Origin: a virus
Virus record (IMG/VR): IMGVR_UViG_3300045988_150292
Location: 14,386 to 78,385 of that record
Strand: one strand, 5' to 3'
DNA length: 64,000 nucleotides
Every line of letters starts with the position of its first letter. Within the stretch, counting starts at the first letter, position 1. Below the pieces are notes generated by a model that was given only the letters and a program-made list of their open reading frames with translations, did no database searches and was not told the origin of the DNA. The position numbers and the translations under genes were made by a program. Positions 9,701 through 20,400 of this stretch are shown here, in pieces.

Positions 9701-10823
9701 TGCGCTCTGTTTCAGCAGTTATGCGCTCGGTCTCATTCTTGCCACGTTCGGTTTCAGCGGTCACTCTTGCAGTTTCGTTCTCCTGTCTTGTCTGTTCAGA
9801 AGCAGTGCGTTCCTGCTCGGTAGCCACACGTGAGGCTTCGCTGTCCTTCCTTGTCTGCTCTGCCGTGGTGCGTTCCTGCTCGGCATTGTCCCTGCCAGTC
9901 TCAGCCTGCTTGCGCAGCGTTTCGGCAGCGTCGCGCTTGCCCTCAGCGTCTGCTCTCACATTTTCGTGCTGACGGCGCTCCTGCTCGGCATCATTGCGGT
10001 CGTTCTCTGCCGTATCACGGAGCTTTTCGGTTGCCTTGCGGCTTGTCTCCGCATCCTCACGCTCTTTCTCGTTGCGGATGCGGTCTGCCTCGTCACTCTT
10101 GCGCATCTTCTCCGCTTTCTCACGTGATGTCTCGTTTGCATCGCGGCGCTGCTCGGCATCGCTTCTGCCGGTCTCGGCGCTCGCTCTGTTCTCCTCTGCG
10201 GTCTTGCGCAGGTTCTCGTCGCCCTGCCTTGCCTGTTCCGCCTTGTCGCGTGCGGTTTCGGCAGTAGTGCGCTCCTGCTCTGAGGTGATACGACCTTCTT
10301 CCGCCTCCTGTCTTGCCGTTTCCGCTGCCTTGCGTTCCGCTTCTGCTTCCGCTACATCTGCGGCGATGTCGGTGGCTGGCTTGCGCAGAAAAGCGTACCA
10401 GTCTGCGAGTGTTCCCGTGTTGCCCTCACTGAGCCACACTTCGTATGCCGAAAGTCCGGGCTTGCCTATGAGCACGTTGCTCTGTAGACTCACCATAAAA
10501 TCCTCGAACTCCACATCGTCGTCGCTCTCCTCGCAGGAATGTGCCACGAGTATGAATGCCTGGTCTGCACAGACTGTCCTACGTGGTGCTCCTTCGGTAG
10601 CGTCTTCGAGTATCACCGCCCTTGCTCCCGTCATGCGCTGCATGGAAGCAGGGTAGACAAAGCTCACCACGCAGCCTTCCACTGTGAAGGTCGTGATTTC
10701 TTCTTTCCTATACGCCGACCTCAGGTAGAGCTTCAGCGCCTTCCCTTCGAGGCTCACGGCTTGTCCGTCCGTCTTCACCTCCCATCTGACATTGATGTCA
10801 TTGCCGATTCTTACCTTTCTCAT
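6759..10823 (-). CDS. tail fibre protein with ~300-aa Ala/Glu/Arg heptad coiled coil
   Basis: 1354 aa. N-terminal GKPGLSAYEVWLSEGNTGTLADWYAFL is a fibre-type motif, followed by a long AE(T/Q)xRxx repeat array and a large globular C-terminal part. Confidence 0.75.
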   Translation of the reverse strand: MRKVRIGNDINVRWEVKTDGQAVSLEGKALKLYLRSAYRKEEITTFTVEGCVVSFVYPASMQRMTGARAVILEDATEGAPRRTVCADQAFILVAHSCEESDDDVEFEDFMVSLQSNVLIGKPGLSAYEVWLSEGNTGTLADWYAFLRKPATDIAADVAEAEAERKAAETARQEAEEGRITSEQERTTAETARDKAEQARQGDENLRKTAEENRASAETGRSDAEQRRDANETSREKAEKMRKSDEADRIRNEKEREDAETSRKATEKLRDTAENDRNDAEQERRQHENVRADAEGKRDAAETLRKQAETGRDNAEQERTTAEQTRKDSEASRVATEQERTASEQTRQENETARVTAETERGKNETERITAETERKSAEQERTAAERERTTSEQARQENETTRVSAETERVLAELSRQRAEAKREQAAKDNKAANDAAVAAAEAATAAAYTATGKADTAATNADTATANANAAANGASKVNAVMDDDHVLTVTDRTGTVKTADLGDVSDVARMKKSLGPYSERPDIVLTPSEQNVAISADGVKVSKQGWAIAVFTAELGNEYLFKPGATDGNVCVFAEYIDKIERRAIEYTYTYDEKGRIASAKATYDGKTHSYTYAYDADAAAVESCVITDDQTGQTVDYLPATFQTTVGSYQPMTLLNADAELPEDGYCRFVSNFQSRSAIKVVVSYKVDVADLTMKVVRDGMTASMCTQLSKINQKVDETKANIETLRSEMEGMADYYVGENDEKTGDPNFKNCKGNKEILSDWHFYLIDHTDNTGEATHPVGELMGNNLFRFKSGAFAPTVGITEEMRAACDVQLYTDAEHTTPLTLKNGVIVTDKAGEHPYDAAEVYNSLGLVDLYDGEGNKVRQLLPWETTETKYSVMIGRYDTLYPVDRQTGDSGKMLTGIFKKPVKYDGIDTGRFPFLGTAMSPCPITTLGGNARNFFYTYAVGDTNTMNHVSQYGKDVCSMFVDDGRTYPRSSDISQAMNKAVARVSNVNSQSPVPFAEGGYHSLNVFIICMELLYGTKNLHANALFGSGISSNDNVKNENDWRENGGVRTKEQGTQDWVYSILGRQAYFGANANMDTNNFSYYINYGRPKEQCMESQMAASWATEFGVAEDTDFDAYGAVYRYKNIPGAEKLSDGVMNCKVYRIKKGTCKGYKDASTQVTYDLELSLRMSLIHGMNLSGDIYAYWGGGLEMVGTNKLDTGGRYNPEQLRDAYVDFYLETDQRKWVDENTYTKANLGTFSFESLYPKVGTFGPPILSEGYTQDRLGFTPYKIANGGNIQSWQCFFAQSYPYWSRRKDERVRICLRLRNTANAVSCSPRTLYALYPSNDMAAFTGGSAQCRIVQRGE

Positions 10824-10843
10824 GTTTTTTATTGTTTTTTTGT

Positions 10844-13800
10844 TTATTCCACAAAAACTTCCACTCTCTCTCTCGTTCCGTCCACGTCGGTATAGTAGTT
10901 ATACACGTAGATGGCGAGCACATTCAGTCCGTTCTTCTTCGTTCCCCAATGCAGTTTCTCGCCCTTTTCGATATACACTCCCGAGGTGATAAGTTGCAAA
11001 CTGCCGTTCAAATACAGCGGTCGGCGGTTAAACCATTTTCCGTCTGCCTGTTGTGCCAGAGCAGGGGTGTTGATGCCGTTGGCAGTGTCTGCTACATAAG
11101 CGTTGCTAACCCTCGCAGCACGATAGTAATAGATGTCGGCAGACTGGTTCATTCTCGATTTCGGCTCGTAGCCTGCTCCTGTAGCGGCGCTTGGCATGAG
11201 CTGACTCTTGAACTTGCTGTCTATGATATTGTCTCCGTCGGAATTGGTGTGATACACATCATCGTCGTATGAGGTCACACCGCCCATCACAATCACATTC
11301 GCGAAGAAGGTGCCGAGTCTTTCTGCCGAATAGGTTGACACACTGGCGGTCTGCAAGCCCTTGTTCTCAAGTCCGCCGGGACCGAGATTGTAAAGAAGGT
11401 TGCCGAGGTTGTCGTAATACGAGAGCACCATCATTCCGCTGTTCGGATCGAGACCGAACTGGATGTTCAGCTGACCCTTGCCGTTGAACACTTCCATGAG
11501 TCCGTCCTGTGCTTTCACGTAGCCCTCGCCTCTGTTCATCGTTGCGAGTATGCCTGCCGTGAGCTGCCCGTCGGCAGTGATTGCCGTGGTGGTCTCGCCC
11601 AGCCTGTTCCTCACGAGGAAATTGTCCGCCGTGGCGATTATCTTCTGTGCCTCGATGTCGATGCCGACGGGCAGAAGCTGACCTGCCGTGAGGGTACGCT
11701 CTGTGTATTCCGTGGCCCTGTAGCTCTTTTCGAGCTTCACTCCTGCCACCCACACTTCGCCGCCGGCAGAGAGCTGCACGGGGACAAGGGTGTCTTTCAC
11801 GTCTTCCAGCGTGTGGTACACCGATGGGATGTGTCCTTCGTTGAGCATCACTTTGCCGATGCCGGCGTATTTCTGCGTAAAACGGAATATCACGAGCTGT
11901 GAGTTGCCCTTCACATTCTTTGCCTGGAAGGTCACTGTGTGGTTTGTGATAGTCTCGTCTGCGGCTATCGTTATGCTGCCGCTGCTGGTCGCCGTGACTG
12001 CCTTTCCGTCGAGATACACTTCCGCAAGGGTCGTGTTGGCGAGCAGTAGTGTGAGTCCGAAACTGGTGACGCTGAACTGCAGGGTGTATATCTTGCCGGC
12101 AGAGAGAGAGACCGTCTGCGAAATCTGACCGTAGCCTGTGCTTGTGGGTAAAGCCGTGAGATAAGCCATACCGTTGGCTCTCACCTCCCATGTTCCCATC
12201 CTGTTCCATGACGTGAGCTGTCCTGCCGCGTCGTTGTAGCCGGAGTTCTTTATCATGTTGTAGACGCTGAATGCCGTTGACCATCTTACGATTATCTTCC
12301 TCCAGTCTGCCGTGAGGGTGTTTGCCACTCCTCCTGCCGCACCTGTAGATTCGTGTCCTTGGTTGTCTTCTGTGAGCGCGCAACATGCAGGTCCGAGTAT
12401 CGTTCCTAAGGTGCCCGTGCCCTTCACCCACATAGACAGGGTGTAAGCGGATTCTCCGTCCAGTGTCACAGGGCATTGCAGCAGCATGAGCGCCTTGTTC
12501 TTCGTATCTTTGTAGTGGGCTACCGTAGTGTGTCTTCCGTCCACCACGTAAGCGTCGGTGGTGAGCTCCGTTCCCGATGCCTTCACCCATCCTCCTTCAT
12601 CGAGACAGGGCAGAAGATTGCCTGTTACGGCAGGGTCTTCTTCGGCTGGGGTCCAGGGTGTCGCCGTGTCTCCTTCTTCTATCTGCATATAGTCGAGACG
12701 GAAGAATCCTTTTTCCTGCGCCCGTCTGTTGCCGTAAACGCTTACTGACTCATTGTGCCAAGCGTAGGCTGCCACATTGTAGTTTCCGCTTTCGGTAATG
12801 TCGAAGGTGACGCTCGCGGTCTGGTCTTCGCCGGTGATTTCCACTGCCTGTACGAATGACCATCCGTCATTGTAGAGGTAGACTCTCAGACTGCCTCCTG
12901 TGCTTGTCAGACTGTTTTCCGCCGTGCCTCTCGTGCTGAGCGTGTAGACAGTCCCTGCTTCAAGTCTCACTGTCCTGCGACACACTTCATAGCCGTTGCT
13001 CCTCAGCATCACCTTGGAGTCGGGGATGAGGTTGCGGTATGTCCTCGCCACGTTATCCACCTTCGCGGAAATTTTGTCGGCTTCTACTTTCAGCTCGGCG
13101 ATGGTCTTCGACAGTCCGTCAAGTGCTTTTCCCTGCTCGTCAAGTGCTTTTCCCTGCTCGTCAAGTGCGAACGACAGTTCCTTCGTGCCGTTCTGCGCAT
13201 AGAAAGCGCCACGGATGATGTTGCCGCTCGGGGAGAGTTTCGTCACCTCCTTGCCCGTCAGGGTGTAATCATTGATGCCGGCATACTGGATGAAGCTCGG
13301 CGCTCCATCGCCAGTAGTGTTTATCATCACGGCATTGCCTCTTTCCGTCGCATGTGTCTTGCTTCCCAAGCAGCAGATGTCGTCGCCTGCCGACGGGATG
13401 TCACTGCCTGTCATGCAGTCGGTGCCGCTCAGCACTATCAGGTGGAATTTCCGTCCGGCAAGGATCGTCTTGCCGCTGTTGTCGTTTTCGTAGGTGTTTG
13501 GCGATACCCACGTCACCTTGCGCCAGTAGTCCTTGTTCTGCACATTCTGGTACACTCCTGTCTTCACGTTGAAGGTCTTGCATCTTGCCAAGTCGCCTTC
13601 CTTCCAAAGATTCTCTGTAGCCTTCTCTCCGTCGTCGGCAAGGATATAGCACCAGTAGTCCCCTTCCACCAGCTCTACGTGATACAGACTGCTTCCTGCC
13701 GGGGAGAAAACGAAATTACCGCCGACATACGACAGCTTGCGTATCTCAAGTTCATGGAACACCGCCTTGCCCCATACTTCAAGGTCTGTAAGCGAGAGCT

Positions 13801-16342
13801 TGTATTTTCCGTCATTCCTTTTCTTCAGTCCGTAGCCGCTCTGTTCGTCTGCGTTATAGTCCGTCGATGCTATCTCTCCCAGTGTCGCGTCTCCCGTGCT
13901 TGTGATGCCGTATTTCCCCAGAGTGAGGCTTTTCAGCACCGCCTCTCCCAGCTCGCTGATGGAATACTCGCTGCCAAGCTGGATGCCGCGGAGGAATGTT
14001 ATCAGTCCTTTGGCTGTATCTGCCTCCGTCTTCGACAGGAAATGGTTCTTGCCTGCCTGGGCTACCATCTGTTCTATCTGTCTGCTCGTGAAGCTGCCGA
14101 GACCCAAGGAACCGCTGACGATGCTTGATACCTGGTTCTGGATCTTCTTGATGGTGCTGACTTCCTTTTCTTCTTTCAGGGTTATCTCAAAGGTGGGAAT
14201 CTTGCCGTCCTGCTCCTTTATCACGAGGTTGTTGATGGTTATCCTCGTGTCAATGGAAAGGTCGTCGTCCCTGAACTGGAGGATGTCGCCTTCTTTCAGT
14301 GTCTTGTAGAGGGAAATGGTGGTGCCTGTCGTATCGCTTTCGGCAGCATCATCCTGGCGTGCCATGAATATCTCGTCTACTTTCGGGGTGTAGGTCTTGC
14401 GGGTGTAGTCATTGTCGTCAAGCTTGGCGATGGCGTATTTCAGCATCTCTATGGAGGCGTTTTCGATGTATTCTTTCGGCAGGTCGATGCCGGTAAGGAC
14501 GAAATGGTCGCCTTTGCTTATAGGGAAATCCTTGTAGGGGAAATAGAGGTTGAGGTCGCTGTCTTTCGCTCTTTCAAGTTTCAGACGCCATCTTCCGTCT
14601 TTCTCGTGGTGGATGGCGGCTACATTGAAACTCCTGCCGCCGCACATACCGTCTTTCATGTTGACCTGGAAATCGCTCTGGGCAAGGAGCTGTAAATCGA
14701 AATTTATCTGTGATTTCAGATAGATGTCGAAATTGGGGATGTCTTTCACGGTGTCCTTGAACACACCGGGGTCGGTAACGCTTTCTTCCGTTCCGGTCTC
14801 TATTTCGTCGATGCGCTGACCGTCCACTTTCATTTCTTCTATCGTGGGATAGATGTCCTTCAAGCCTTCTTTTTCGTTGTCGGTGTCGAAAAACACTGAT
14901 GACGGACGTATGCCTATCTTGTCGCGGTTCTCTGACTCTATGTAGGGCCTGTATTTGTCGGTGGAGAAATAATGTTTGCGGCCGTTGGGATTCACATAGT
15001 TCTTTATATCGTCACTCTGGGCTTCCCACCACTCCTGGAGGGATTTCTCCGGGAAGCCGGGCAGCATAAGGACATTTACTGACATCCTGTCGGGAACGAG
15101 GCTCGTACCGTCGAGGTTGCCTGACGGGATGTTGGTCTTCACTGTACCTTCGTCAAAATACACGCGCTTGCCAACGCCGCTGCCTCTGATGAAGGCTTCA
15201 ACATTCGTGGGGTTGCTGTCGGCGATGGGGTAGTGGGTGGGGTTGGCGGTGTTCCTGGCTTCTACTTGCAACAGGGTGTATTTGGTGCCTTCACTATGGT
15301 AATTGCCGTCGAGGTCATAGTAACTGCGCTCCACGAAGCCTTTTACTGCCTCTCCTGTTGACAGACGGACTTTCACCAGATGGGCATCGTGGCACAGTCC
15401 TTCGATGTCGTCTATCTTGTTCGTGAAATACTTGTCGTCGTATTCCAGCGCAAGGACGAGCCTCACCCATCTGCTTTCAAGGGAGTATGTCTTGTTCTTG
15501 ATGATGGCGTAGCTCAGCGTGCCTATCTCGGCGTAGTAATGGTTGGGGAGGTTCTTGTCTGAACCGTAGGCGCGGAGTCTCGTGATTACGAGCTGACTGC
15601 TGTCTGCGGCTTCTTCTATCTCATACAGGCCCTTGCCCCTGCCATACTCGAAAATGTGGTCGGCCCATATCTCGGCTGGCTCGATGTAGATGTTCCTGCC
15701 GCGGACCACGAAATTCACGTCAAACTGGCTGTTCACGAGACTCAACACGTCCCAACAGCTCTGGCTGCTTACCGAAAGGGAGGTGCTTTCTATTGTCTTG
15801 CCTGCTCCTGCGCCTTTGTAGCGCTCGTCCCACAAAGTGCCGTCGCAGCCGCGGTCGGTGACGCTCTTCACGCGGTCGCGCGTATATACGTGCCACAATC
15901 CGTCGCCGAACTGTTCGTTCAGGTTGGCCTGCAGACGGTCGGCGATGTCGTCGAGACTGCTCACGTAGAACACGAACTTGGGAAGGGCGGTGTAATGGAT
16001 GTTGTTGTCGTTCAACACGATGTCGAGGAACTCTGAACGGGAGAGCTCGTCTACAGGGCTGTTGAAAACTATGTTGCTGTACTTGAAACCGTCGCCTTTC
16101 ACACCGGACGGGGCGTTCTTGATCTTGCCGGGGTCGTAGTTTATCTCGAAACGCTCGCCACGGTAGTCCAGATAGTCGCCGATACTGAAAGGGATGGGGC
16201 GCTCGTTCTCGATGGTGACGCTGACATTGCACGCTCCCATCCATTCACCGCTGTATTCAAGGGTGCTGACGGATATTTCCTTGCCGCCGGTGTCTTTCAG
16301 CGGGGTGCCGTCTTTCTTGTATATGGTTATCTTGCTCTTCAT
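10844..16342 (-). CDS. large tail tip / baseplate-hub-like protein (Tal-like) with distal receptor-binding-type domains
   Basis: 1832-aa ORF downstream of the tape measure and two small tail genes. Assigned from size and position. Confidence 0.6.
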   Translation of the reverse strand: MKSKITIYKKDGTPLKDTGGKEISVSTLEYSGEWMGACNVSVTIENERPIPFSIGDYLDYRGERFEINYDPGKIKNAPSGVKGDGFKYSNIVFNSPVDELSRSEFLDIVLNDNNIHYTALPKFVFYVSSLDDIADRLQANLNEQFGDGLWHVYTRDRVKSVTDRGCDGTLWDERYKGAGAGKTIESTSLSVSSQSCWDVLSLVNSQFDVNFVVRGRNIYIEPAEIWADHIFEYGRGKGLYEIEEAADSSQLVITRLRAYGSDKNLPNHYYAEIGTLSYAIIKNKTYSLESRWVRLVLALEYDDKYFTNKIDDIEGLCHDAHLVKVRLSTGEAVKGFVERSYYDLDGNYHSEGTKYTLLQVEARNTANPTHYPIADSNPTNVEAFIRGSGVGKRVYFDEGTVKTNIPSGNLDGTSLVPDRMSVNVLMLPGFPEKSLQEWWEAQSDDIKNYVNPNGRKHYFSTDKYRPYIESENRDKIGIRPSSVFFDTDNEKEGLKDIYPTIEEMKVDGQRIDEIETGTEESVTDPGVFKDTVKDIPNFDIYLKSQINFDLQLLAQSDFQVNMKDGMCGGRSFNVAAIHHEKDGRWRLKLERAKDSDLNLYFPYKDFPISKGDHFVLTGIDLPKEYIENASIEMLKYAIAKLDDNDYTRKTYTPKVDEIFMARQDDAAESDTTGTTISLYKTLKEGDILQFRDDDLSIDTRITINNLVIKEQDGKIPTFEITLKEEKEVSTIKKIQNQVSSIVSGSLGLGSFTSRQIEQMVAQAGKNHFLSKTEADTAKGLITFLRGIQLGSEYSISELGEAVLKSLTLGKYGITSTGDATLGEIASTDYNADEQSGYGLKKRNDGKYKLSLTDLEVWGKAVFHELEIRKLSYVGGNFVFSPAGSSLYHVELVEGDYWCYILADDGEKATENLWKEGDLARCKTFNVKTGVYQNVQNKDYWRKVTWVSPNTYENDNSGKTILAGRKFHLIVLSGTDCMTGSDIPSAGDDICCLGSKTHATERGNAVMINTTGDGAPSFIQYAGINDYTLTGKEVTKLSPSGNIIRGAFYAQNGTKELSFALDEQGKALDEQGKALDGLSKTIAELKVEADKISAKVDNVARTYRNLIPDSKVMLRSNGYEVCRRTVRLEAGTVYTLSTRGTAENSLTSTGGSLRVYLYNDGWSFVQAVEITGEDQTASVTFDITESGNYNVAAYAWHNESVSVYGNRRAQEKGFFRLDYMQIEEGDTATPWTPAEEDPAVTGNLLPCLDEGGWVKASGTELTTDAYVVDGRHTTVAHYKDTKNKALMLLQCPVTLDGESAYTLSMWVKGTGTLGTILGPACCALTEDNQGHESTGAAGGVANTLTADWRKIIVRWSTAFSVYNMIKNSGYNDAAGQLTSWNRMGTWEVRANGMAYLTALPTSTGYGQISQTVSLSAGKIYTLQFSVTSFGLTLLLANTTLAEVYLDGKAVTATSSGSITIAADETITNHTVTFQAKNVKGNSQLVIFRFTQKYAGIGKVMLNEGHIPSVYHTLEDVKDTLVPVQLSAGGEVWVAGVKLEKSYRATEYTERTLTAGQLLPVGIDIEAQKIIATADNFLVRNRLGETTTAITADGQLTAGILATMNRGEGYVKAQDGLMEVFNGKGQLNIQFGLDPNSGMMVLSYYDNLGNLLYNLGPGGLENKGLQTASVSTYSAERLGTFFANVIVMGGVTSYDDDVYHTNSDGDNIIDSKFKSQLMPSAATGAGYEPKSRMNQSADIYYYRAARVSNAYVADTANGINTPALAQQADGKWFNRRPLYLNGSLQLITSGVYIEKGEKLHWGTKKNGLNVLAIYVYNYYTDVDGTRERVEVFVE
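13118..13168 (-). repeat. perfect 21-bp tandem duplication (2.4 copies) inside the tail tip gene
   Basis: GTCAAGTGCTTTTCCCTGCTC occurs twice, plus a further 9 nt. It encodes ALDEQGK ALDEQGK ALDG in frame. Confidence 0.9.
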
Positions 16343-16848
16343 CCCAGTCTGGTTATTATGCCTTTTTTGTTGGTGATGGTGGATATTGATATTGAGGTGA
16401 CGGGGTCGTCTGCCTTGAACTCAAACTCGGCGACGAGGATGTCGCCTTCATCGCCGTTCCTCACAAGCTCGGCTTCACCCGGTAGCTTCGTGAGGCGCAC
16501 ATGGCGTCTGCCTATGCCTGTATAGTCGCAGTACAGCTTCATGTAAACGCCGCTGCCGTCTGCTCCCGTGAGGTAGTCCACAAATTCCTTGAGCTTGGGG
16601 TTGGCGCCGTATTTCGCACCTTTGTAGCCGAACTTTATCTTTATCGTGTAGGCTTCGAGGCTCAAACGGCCGGGTACATAGGTGTCAAGACCGTCTTCGC
16701 CTGCCCAGCTCCTCTCACTCAGGGCCTTGATGCCGTCGCCGACGCTCATCGGGATGCTCATGCAGTACATGCCGAAAGCGGCGATAGTCTCTTTCAATGG
16801 GGCTCCGTCGCCTTCTTTCTGCATATATACTTTGTAATAATCGGTCAT
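16339..16848 (-). CDS. tail component (distal-tail-protein position)
   Basis: 169-aa ORF whose stop overlaps the start of the 1832-aa gene. Confidence 0.45.
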   Translation of the reverse strand: MTDYYKVYMQKEGDGAPLKETIAAFGMYCMSIPMSVGDGIKALSERSWAGEDGLDTYVPGRLSLEAYTIKIKFGYKGAKYGANPKLKEFVDYLTGADGSGVYMKLYCDYTGIGRRHVRLTKLPGEAELVRNGDEGDILVAEFEFKADDPVTSISISTITNKKGIITRLG

Positions 16849-16913
16849 AACGCAATATTTTACAACAAAGTTAATAATTTATGTATAAATATATAATAAA
16901 TATCGCATTTTTA

Positions 16914-17429
16914 TTACTCTTTCATTCTTTCCCTGACTGTCACTCTGCCTTCACTCGTCAGTCTTCCGCCGTAGTGGTACACGAAACACCTTGCTCTTCC
17001 TTCGCAGTGGATGGTTGCTTCGCTGTCGTCGTAGAGGTTCACTCTTACGTATGACTGGTCGCCTGCGGTTATCCTCACTTTGCTCTTGTGACGCACGTAG
17101 ATGTTGCTGACGGCGTAGTCACGGCAGGTTACGGAGGCATCGCAATGGCCGTTGAATATAGCAGTGAAAGGATTGAGGAGACTGGTGCTTTCGTCAACAT
17201 ATACTCCGTGCCGGTGGATGACGTCGCCGAAGCTCTTTTTCATCACTTCCACACTGGGCCAGTTGTGTTGGATGCAGAAGTCTATGCCTTCAACGAATTT
17301 TTCTACCATATCGTCTTTGTTCGTGCCGTCTTGCCACTCGGCGGTCCATTGGGCGCACAGACCCAATGTGACTGCTTCGTGTTTCATCTTGTCGGAGAGA
17401 CGGCGCTCCTTGTTGCTTGTCTTGCTCAT
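16914..17429 (-). CDS. tail component, hypothetical
   Basis: 171-aa ORF starting 4 nt after the tape-measure stop. Confidence 0.45.
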   Translation of the reverse strand: MSKTSNKERRLSDKMKHEAVTLGLCAQWTAEWQDGTNKDDMVEKFVEGIDFCIQHNWPSVEVMKKSFGDVIHRHGVYVDESTSLLNPFTAIFNGHCDASVTCRDYAVSNIYVRHKSKVRITAGDQSYVRVNLYDDSEATIHCEGRARCFVYHYGGRLTSEGRVTVRERMKE

Positions 17430-17432
17430 GTC

Positions 17433-20400
17433 TTATGCTATGTATAGTTTTCTTGTTCCGTTGGTGGTCGAACGCATCCAGTCGTACATCTGGTCGAGCT
17501 TGTCGTTACGCGCCTGCGAAAGGCTTACAAGGGTATTTAGCTGGGTGAGCTGCGACTGGGCGATGACATTGAGGTTAGGGAGAAGCTTCACGGCTTCAAC
17601 GACAATGGAGAGGTTGGCGCGGTTCACGCTCACGTCGAGCCTTATGGCGTTGATGTAACTGGCGAGAAGGTCGGCGGTCTCTTCGGTGACTCCCTTGATG
17701 GTGTTGCTTGTCGAAAGACTGCCGTTCTCACTCAGATCGAGACCTTTTTCTTTCAGACTGTCAAGGATGGAGACGATGGAGTCGATGGCATTGCCTTCGG
17801 CATCTATCAGACTGTCGGTGATGGAGAGCACGTCTTCGGCTTCCAGTTTGCCGCCGTTGGCCTTTAGCTTGTTCTCAAGATTGTCAAGGGTCGGCTTCAA
17901 TGCCACTTCCAGGATCTTCTGCGAAAGGATGTTCTTCGTCAGACTGTTCATCAGCTCTTTCACCTTGTCTTCGTAGGCATCAACGGCATCTTCGCCTTTC
18001 TGCCAGGCTTCAATAATGGCGTCCGTCAACTGGCTCGCCCAGTCTTTGAGGTCAATGCTGTAGATGGTCTTGGCCCACTCCTGTGCAAATTCGGAAATCT
18101 GTTGGTTGGCTTCTTCTATCTGCGCGTCGTAGTCACTGATGGCGTTCTTGTCTTTCTTCTTCTTGTTGTTTTCGGAGTCGCGTTGCTTCTGGAGCTCGTC
18201 GCGCTGGACCATAAGGGAGGCGAGCTGGGCATCGAAATTGCTGTCCTTGTTTTGCAGCGACTTCTCCACCTGCTCTGCGGTCTGTTCGCTGTAACGGCTC
18301 TTGTTCTTGTTGGTCTTCTCCCATTTCTGGGTCTGGAAATTGAATTTGGTGTTCTCTTTCCGGAAGGTTTCAAGAACTTCCGTGAGCTTGTCGCGGGTCT
18401 TGTCATTCATAGTGTATGAATACACTCCTCCCAGGGCAATCTCGATGGCGTGCTGGAGGTTCTTGGTCAGATTCTCCATCTCTTTCTGACGCTGCTTGCT
18501 GGCTTCTATCTCGCGTTCCAAAGCGGCGTCATGGGCGGCGGCGAAACTGCTGATGATACTGATGGCGGCAGCGGCAGCGGCTCCGTACGGACCGGCTTGC
18601 TCCAGACCGAGGTTGTTCAAGGCTCCGGCTGTACTGCCTGCTGCACTCAAGGCGTCACTGCCACCTTGTATTATACCGCCGGCCACGGTGTCTTCCTTGC
18701 CGAAAGCGGCGAAGAGGTCTACCACGGGCGACATGATGCTTTCCAATGCCTTGAACTTGTTGGCGACGCTCTGGAGGCTCTTGCTGAAATCCGTGTACTT
18801 GCCTTGCTGCCCGTTCTCAAGCTCGCCTTTGGTATACTTGCCTTCCTGCATGCCCATACGTTTGCCCGCTTCGGCACTGACTATATATTTGCCGTCCTTG
18901 CCGGGTTCGCTGCGTTTCAGAAAGTCACCGATAGCATTGCCCTGGCCTATGGTGTTGAACATCACACCGAACGGGCTGCGGTCAATCTGCTCGTTGCGCA
19001 GCTTGTCAAGGGCATCACGGAGCTGCTTCACCACCTCTACGCTCAGACCGGCTTTCTTCGAGAATTTCTCTATCTCCGTGCACATGGTGTCGATAGTGTT
19101 CGATGACACCCTGTCAAGGTCGTCGAAAATCGTCACCCAGTCGGTGTTGTTCTTGAACTGTTCGAACTCAAGCTTGGCGCGTTTGTCCTGCCATTCCTTG
19201 TTCTCGCCTTCCGAAGCGCGTTTCTTCATTTCGGTGGTGGTGCTGCTTCCCCATATCTTTGTCTGGTTGCTTTCGTGCTCCCTGTCGAGGTCGGCAATCT
19301 GCTGATCCAAGGTCCTGTTGTCCTTGATGAGGTCTGTCATTTTCTTGATGGTGTCGAGGCGCACCTTGTCACTCTCTTTCTTGTAGCGCTGCACCAATAC
19401 GCTCAACGCTTCGCTCTTTTCTCCGAAAAGCTTGTTGAAATCGTTGTCAGACAGTGCTGTGACATCTGCGGCTTTAGTTCCCGGATGGCTCTTGTCAAGC
19501 TCGTCCTGTATCTGTTTCATAAGCGACTGCAGGAGGCTCTGGCTTTGTACGGTATTCCCCTGGAAGGCTACTTGCATAGCGCCTTGGCTGTCGCCTGTCA
19601 GATCATAGAGCTGCTTGTATAGGTCGTATTCTTCTGACAGCAGGTCGAGCTTGCGCGACAACTCGCTGTTCACGTCTTCTATTCTCTTCTGCTCTTCTTC
19701 ACGCTCTTTGGACGAGATTCCGGCGATGGACTGCTCGACGAACGACTTGCGCTCTTCCGTGTTCTTCGGCAGTCTGCCTACAAGCTGACGGATACTGCCG
19801 CCGTAGTCACTGCGGTCTTTCAGGCCATATCCCTTGATAGGAGCGAAGTTCTTGTCCTTCATCAGCTCCTTGTCGGCATCGGCTCCATACAGCTTTCGGT
19901 ATTTCTGCAGCTCTGTGTAGTAGGTCTTATACAGCGACACCTTGTCTTTCAGGGCCTTCAGTACCTTGTCGTCCTTGTTGCCGCCGTCTTTGCCGAAATC
20001 TCCGCTTACCTTGTCCTTGCCGACATCAAGGGAAACGCCTATCTTGGCCGCGGCTTCTTCAAGTAGCTTCATCTTGTAGTAATAGGGCTGCTTCTCCCCG
20101 GCTTTCCTGGCCTGGTTGTTCTCATCACGCCATTCTTTGTATTGCTTGCGGATGGCTTCTCCGTACTCGTGCCAGCCGGAACTCTTGCCCTGGTCTATGT
20201 TAAACAGGACATTGGCCATGTCTCTGTGCTTGTTCTTTAGCAGACCGGCGGCTTCGAGCTTGTCGTATGTCTTTCTGCCTATCGTGCCTTCTCTTAAAGG
20301 GTTCGTCCAACCTTTCGGCTTCTTGGGTTTCGGGGTCTCTGGAACAACCATATCGGCGGCTTCATACCACATTCTTTTCAGTGCCTCGCGTATCTTCGGC

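Noticed and set aside
9523-12590. Long ORFs 9523-9972, 9994-10656 (plus) and 11367-12590 (minus, 407 aa).
   Set aside because: These are shadow or alternative-frame ORFs within the two giant tail genes. They are produced by the repeat periodicity and codon bias, and are Arg/Ser-rich and low-complexity.
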